Virus record (IMG/VR): IMGVR_UViG_3300027969_000041
Strand: one strand, 5' to 3'
From: a virus
Lineage: Duplodnaviria; Caudoviricetes
Length of the DNA: 64,000 nt
The notes below the pieces were generated by a model that was not told the DNA's origin, made no database searches, and worked only from the letters and a program-made list of their open reading frames with translations. Below are positions 63,996 to 64,000 of the stretch, one piece after another; position 1 is the stretch's first letter, and every line of letters begins with the position of its first letter. The position numbers were made by a program, and so were the translations under genes.

Positions 63996-64000
63996 ATATA

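Noticed and set aside
1-64000. CRISPR array, tRNA/tmRNA genes, stop-codon reassignment
   Set aside because: No regularly spaced repeats or cloverleaf/T-loop patterns seen by eye, and long conserved genes are intact in the standard code. A tRNAscan/ARAGORN run would be needed to exclude short RNAs.

Overview
This window is part of a large, lytic T4-like myophage genome, using the standard genetic code and probably from an uncultivated lineage. I found no tRNA, rRNA, CRISPR array, integrase or transposase. Layout, left to right: (1) 1-10.5 kb, minus strand: head module (tape-measure candidate, portal gp20, acidic core protein, protease gp21, scaffold gp22, major capsid gp23) plus downstream virion proteins. 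(2) 10.5-11.6 kb: a divergent gp26-like/gp51-like pair joined by an in-frame -1 slippery heptamer. (3) 12.25-12.72 kb: an unexplained GC-rich, hairpin-dense non-coding element directly behind a GIY-YIG nuclease and an Hc1/histone-H1-like gene. (4) 13.6-18.2 kb: gp46, a GT17 glycosyltransferase, gp47 and late sigma factor gp55. (5) 18.3-47.2 kb, plus strand: baseplate module (gp48/54-like, gp53, hub, gp5, gp25, gp6, a 4526-aa gp7-like giant) and four paralogous fibre genes. (6) 47.2-64 kb, minus strand: early/middle genes (thyA, DHFR, methyltransferase, AAA+/VWA pair, RNase H, sliding clamp) and a 7-deazaguanine DNA-modification cluster (TGT/DpdA-like, QueE, QueD/DpdL-like) interleaved with a glycosyltransferase, cupin, MazG and 2OG-Fe(II) oxygenase. 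The best leads are the nuclease-linked structured element, a possible glycosylated or otherwise hypermodified deazaguanine pathway, the G/GT-type frameshift, and a switch-like leader downstream of the capsid gene. All product calls come from motif recognition and synteny. No database search was run.
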